64,000 nucleotides of DNA from Chrysomallon squamiferum (lineage: Eukaryota; Animalia; Mollusca). The notes below the pieces were generated by a model. The model ran no database searches, was not told the origin of the DNA, and worked only from the letters and a program-made list of their open reading frames with translations. The stretch is from contig CM022668.1 of the NCBI GenBank assembly GCA_012295275.1, positions 11,222,001-11,286,000 on the forward strand, written 5' to 3'. Positions 59,028 through 64,000 of this stretch are shown piece after piece. The translations under genes were made by a program, and so were the position numbers. Each line of letters starts with the position of its first letter. Position 1 is the first letter of the stretch.

Positions 59028-60261
59028 TTCTTCTGTTCTCAAACAATAAATTCTGTTAACTTTTATAAAACACCTCCGTTCTTTATCTGTCACTACAGAG
59101 TTATGTCAAGAAACAACAAATCATAAAACACGCGTTCTTCAATGGGTTGTTTTAAATACACTAACTGGAGATGTGACCTGTACATGTATTCGCCTGTTTC
59201 TTACAAACGTGTCAAGCTGTAATCGTAAACATAAATTAATGTTATCAAACAAGTAAAGCAGGAAGATGTTTTTATCTTTATGCAGGAGCGGGTCCTCGAT
59301 ATTAACTGGGTAGTAACTATTTGTCTCTGTCCGTCTATCTGTCTATCTGTTTGTGTCTCTATGTCTCTGTCTCTATATCAAAAGACACTGGCACATACAT
59401 ATGACAATCAAAAGAAAAACACACAAACAGATAAGCACACCTACACATACATACACATTTATTTTGTATTATAATTATTTTATATAGATATATGTACGTG
59501 TCTAATATATTTCGACCAATGTTTTATCTCATTTTCTTTTTCTTTTCATAAGAGGACTTTGTTTCTGACTAATAGTCTAATAGTCTAAGTTCTGCAGATA
59601 ACAACTAAATGAAACAGATAAATAAAGGACATCGGGTTTAACAATCTTTTAACTCGTGTAAACTAAAGTATTGGTTATCTTTGTGAATACCTCTGTAACG
59701 ACTGATATCTGTGTATGTATATATGTATGTTAGTATGTATGTATGTATGTATTTTTGTATTCATGTATGTATGTATGTATGTATGTATGTATATATGTGT
59801 GTAAGTATGCATGTATTTACGAATTAAAAAACGAACTGGCTGGCTCATTTTTTTATTATTAAAAATGAATCATTTTATAAATTTATCTGTAGTAATTCGA
59901 GTTGACTGTAATGTGTATTAGAATCTGCTTTGGCCAATTTCAATTTTAAAGCTAATTTTGTTGTTCTTGGCTGTATATTTAATACTTTACTGTAATATTT
60001 ACACAAACATTTATTGCTCTCTTTTTTTTCTTTCACAACCCTTCTTAGTCATACCTGATCTGCCCCAACTACTTGAAAATCTTCCTGCATCTGTTATCGT
60101 TAATCGGATAATGATTTGTAACACGACCTTTGTTAACTAACTGTGATAAAGAAAAAAAAATAATATCACGTATGGTTTGTACATTGACACTGTTGTGTTT
60201 CTACAACCAGACAGAGATTAGAGTATGCTCTATTCAAGAGGTTATATTTTGTTTTTCATAT

Positions 60262-60293
60262 GGAGAGAGAGGGGGGGTGGGAGAGAGAGAGAG

Positions 60294-60388
<95 letters not shown>

Positions 60389-60466
60389 GGAGGGAGGGAG
60401 AGAAAGAGAGAGAGACAGGGAGGGAGACAGAGAGAGAGTGAGTGAGAGAGAGAGAGAGAGAGAGAG

Positions 60467-60522
<56 letters not shown>

Positions 60523-60540
60523 TGTGTGTGTGTGTGTGTG
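60262..60540. repeat. Long (AG)n/(TG)n microsatellite, representative of many simple repeats in the window
   Basis: Direct reading. Similar tracts: (TG)n near 3632, (ATT)n near 6620, (TA)n near 19757, (TAG)n near 43975, (CT)n near 45487 and 56945, (AG)n near 46163 and 47015. Confidence 0.95.
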
Positions 60541-60821
60541 TAAAAATCTAAATATGTCATTTTATCCTGAGATGTATGTTTACATATCAAAAGTTAAACA
60601 GTTCTAATAACGTCAACGACACACATAACGTTGAAGTAACGGAACACTTAAATACACAAATTACACGAAACCAACGTAACATTATAATACAAAAGTAACA
60701 TGAGAATAACGTTACATTTTAAATACACAAATTAAATGAGAATACCGCATTTAAATACACAAATAACAGAAGAATAAGGTAATATTTTAAATACACCAAT
60801 AACTAGTGAATAGCGTGAAAA

Positions 60822-61146
60822 TCAAATTCCTGCTATCTTTTCGTACGTGTTACGTGAATGTTCTTCGTTCCATCTGAGTTTTTCGTACTCGTTCATTTCA
60901 ATATTTTGACTACTGTGAATATAGTCATTTCTAGGCGTGTTTCTCTCCGACTGATCACGTGATACCTGCGAATTAACATAACCAGAAACCGCGAGTATTC
61001 CAGATTCAGACAGAGTTTCCTCGTTTCTTTGTTCAATGTTATCATAATGTTCATCTTCGTGTTCTGAGTTTTGATGAGTTCTCACTCGGTTTACTTTAGA
61101 CTCTCTCGTTGCATTTTTTATCTTCCTTTTAGATCTTCTTATCAAG
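60822..61146 (-). CDS. EGF receptor-like gene, last exon (cytoplasmic tail)
   Basis: ttcag|(C)LIRRSKRKIKNATRESKVNRVRTHQNSEHEDEHYDNIEQ...EMNEYEKLRWNEEHSRNTYEKIAGI*. Confidence 0.85.
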
Positions 61147-63822
61147 CTGAAAAAAAAAGCATTTATTCGTTGAACTTCAAATTTGTCTTGCATTTTGTAT
61201 CCCTTATTATTTGTATATGTTTATATGTGTATGATTGTTTTCATCTTCCCACATTTTTCGTTTTTATATCCCTTGTTCATGTGTATATGTTATATTTAAT
61301 TATTTATGTGTGTTTAACTATGTATATTTCTGTGCATTTTTAAAGCAGTATGTCTATGTGCGTATGTGTATGCGTGTGTGTCTGTGTGTTCGTTGAATGT
61401 TTAATGTTTTTTTCACCCTCTTAGTTCTGTGAATATGCTACATATATATATATATATATATGTGTATTGTATATATGTGTATATTTGCTGAATCTTCTCT
61501 TCTTTTTTTGTCCCGCTTATTTATGGTATTTAGATATGTGTGTATGTGCATATATACATACATAAAGATTATATACATGTGTGTGTATGCGTATAGATGT
61601 GTATACGAGACAGATAACAGTTCATACCACAGAATGACGCAGAGGAGAATGACAACTAGTAAACCCAGTACAACAGAAATGACGATGATAATCACATCTT
61701 TACTGACTCCTGATGAAGTAACGGCTATGTTAAAAAAACAAACAATATATATATAAATATAAAATTAAAACAAAAATGAATTAAGAATGGTTGGTGAAAG
61801 AACGAAGAAAAGAGTATCCCAATATATATATATATGTATATAGAGACAGATAGATAGTTTTTGGTGTATTATTATCAGACGTATGTTCTTATATGTGTGT
61901 GCATGCGTTTGTTTAGACGAATACAGATTGCCACGTCATTTATTTAATCATTTATTTATTTATTCATTCATTTATTTCTGACTTGATTAATGAATCATTG
62001 TGATAGTAGAAGTCGTAATTTTAAAACACAGAGATGGCTGTCTTTCTTCAAAATTATCTTGTTTCAACATATATTGCCAAACTAACTTCTATGAGAATAA
62101 TATATCTGGAAACTAATTTATATGAAACATGTTGTAAGTTCACCAAACTGATTGTTAACTTTGAAGAAATACATATGCTCTTTGATTTCAAAGATAATGA
62201 CAGCATGAAATAAATGCTAGTAAATAAACAAACAAATAACCAAATAAATAAAATAGAAATTCATTTTGAAATAATTCTGTTAACAAATAAATTCAATAAA
62301 AAAAAAATGTTCAGTTTAACTGCTACAAGAGGTATTAATTAATCTAAATCAAATCCAGGCCCAGTATTTTAATCTATCTAAATTTCGTTATAAATATTAT
62401 ATGCATTACATTAAAATATTTCGTGCAGTACATTCATATTTAAATCCGACTAAAAATATTGTATGTATTATATTAACATACTTAAATTTCAGTATTAACA
62501 TTTCATAAATTACATTAACATCTAAATTAGGCTACAGATATTTTATTATTACATTGACACACATGCATTTCAGTACAAACTTTGTGTGCACGTTTCGCCT
62601 TCCCAGCCTGACAAACATCCACCAACACAGAGTCCACTTTGATGATGACAGTTTTCAGAACTGAGACAATGTCTGTCTTCACATTTCTTTAAACACTTTT
62701 CTCCATAAGTACCCTGATTGCACTCTGAAAAATAACGGTTTTAACTTTAGCACTGGTAAAAACTCACTGATATTCCATCAAAGAAAAGGTCTAAAATATA
62801 TTAAAGTGTATTAAAGTACATATTCATATATGATGAGAGACAGAATGAGATCACGTAACAGAAGTAATACAGTTCTAAAAATGCATACCGCTGTAGTGTA
62901 ATAGATGTTGATGGTAATAGACACAGAAAACACTGATCATTATGAAACCTCAACGAATGATAGTGCTGCATTATGTCAGAAATACTTCTGCAGCCTAATA
63001 GAAGGTGTAATAACAATAAGAAAGTTTACAATTTGCAATCAGCTCCATATATACCATTATCACATTCTAAAAAATGGTTGAAAGAGTGATTTCCACGGTT
63101 CAAAAACATGTACAAACTCAATTACATTTCTAAGTATTTATCTGCCTACTCGTAGCCACCTTAATAAATAAATGCACACTTGCTCCATGTATACAACTAT
63201 ACACATTTTGATAAATACCATTATCCATCCCTAACTGCATATATATATATAAAGAAATATACATACAAACAAATACACAAATATCCACATACACATATCC
63301 AAATATGCAACCGAACACACACACATGAACACACACATACACACACACACATATATCTACCTACACATTTATACATACACAAAGATAAATTAGATATATA
63401 TTTTCCATGAAAACAAAGTCTAACAAGAATGTATTTTATACTGATGTGTAGTTATTGTTTGCCAATTAATATACATTCACCAGTCCTGTAATGTAAGAAT
63501 GCTTATAGCATGACTCACGTTTATTACAACTTAAGGTGTTTCCATCCTGGTTTTTCCATCCTGTATTATATTAACATAATTAAACTTCAGTACAAACATT
63601 CCATGCAACACATTAACATCTAAATTAGGCTACAGATATTTTATTATTACATTGACACACATGCATTTCAGTACAAACCTTGTGTGCACGTTTCGCCTTC
63701 CCAGCCTGACAAACATCCACCAACACAGAGTCCACTTTCATGATGACAGTTTTCAGAACGGAGGCAATGTCTGTCTTCACATTTCTTTAAACACTTTTCT
63801 CCATAAGTACCCTGATTACACT
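60822..63822 (-). CDS. Multi-EGF single-pass receptor (MEGF10/Draper/CED-1/SCARF-like architecture) with a tyrosine-rich, ITAM-like cytoplasmic tail; 5'-partial
   Basis: Exons 63822-63679 (EGF), 62724-62581 (EGF), 61724-61628 (TM), 61146-60822 (tail and stop). Phases 1/1/1/2 join in frame. Tail tyrosine motifs YDNI, YVNS, YIHS, YEKL, YEKI. Confidence 0.85.
61628..61724 (-). CDS. EGF receptor-like gene, transmembrane exon
   Basis: catag|(T)VTSSGVSKDVIIIVISVVLGLLVVILLCVIL|gtatg. Confidence 0.87.
62581..62724 (-). CDS. EGF receptor-like gene, EGF exon
   Basis: ttcag|(E)CNQGTYGEKCLKKCEDRHCLSSENCHHQSGLCVGGCLSGWEGETCTQ|gtttg. Confidence 0.88.
63679..63822 (-). CDS. EGF receptor-like gene, EGF exon (near-identical duplicate)
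   Basis: ttcag|CNQGTYGEKCLKKCEDRHCLRSENCHHESGLCVGGCLSGWEGETCTQ|gtttg. Confidence 0.88.
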
Positions 63823-64000
63823 CTGAAAAATAACAGTTTTAACCTTAGCATTGGTACAAACTCACTGATAATGCATGGAAGAAAATATGTAAAATATATT
63901 AAAGTGTATTAGGGTACATATTCATATAAGCTGAGAGACAGAATGAGATCACGTAACAGAAGTAATACAGTTCTAAAAATGCATACCGCTGTAGTGTAAT

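Larger units (their letters stand above)
62460..64000. repeat. Recent ~1.1 kb tandem duplication of an EGF exon with flanking intron
   Basis: 62460-62905 matches 63560-64000; exon offset 1098 bp. Confidence 0.9.

Noticed and set aside
59027-60822. The upstream EGF receptor and the RPTP being a single gene
   Set aside because: The upstream gene has its own TM exon and stop codon at 60822, and the RPTP has its own ATG and signal exons and a second TM exon. Rare intergenic splicing of phase-1 EGF exons cannot be excluded.

Overview
AT-rich, microsatellite-laden animal genomic DNA; gene content and TTAGGG-type repeats suggest a spiralian, probably a mollusc (inference). It has four blocks. (1) 366-16195 (+): the 3' 18 coding exons of a CASD1 sialate O-acetyltransferase homologue, with an unclassified TIR element and a Tigger/pogo element in introns. 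(2) About 20072-35821: a 15.7 kb satellite of 165-183 bp monomers built from (TAACCC)n plus a core of degenerate hexamers, arranged as an A-B-C higher-order repeat. It starts inside a truncated Tigger copy and ends at a 200-N gap. (3) 36895-59027 (-): a complete, hand-spliced 26-exon receptor protein tyrosine phosphatase of about 1063 aa (signal peptide, EGF, F-type lectin domain, 4 EGF, TM, intact D1, degenerate D2, C-terminal IYANI). Its first exon is triplicated and it carries two dead EGF exons. (4) 60822-63822 (-): the 3' end of a related multi-EGF membrane receptor with no phosphatase and a tyrosine-rich tail ending in an ITAM-like motif. Best leads: a possible paired activating/phosphatase receptor cluster, the telomere-derived higher-order satellite, and tandem repeats seeded on splice sites in both genes. 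All exon structures were derived by hand from GT-AG sites and frame continuity; no databases were searched.
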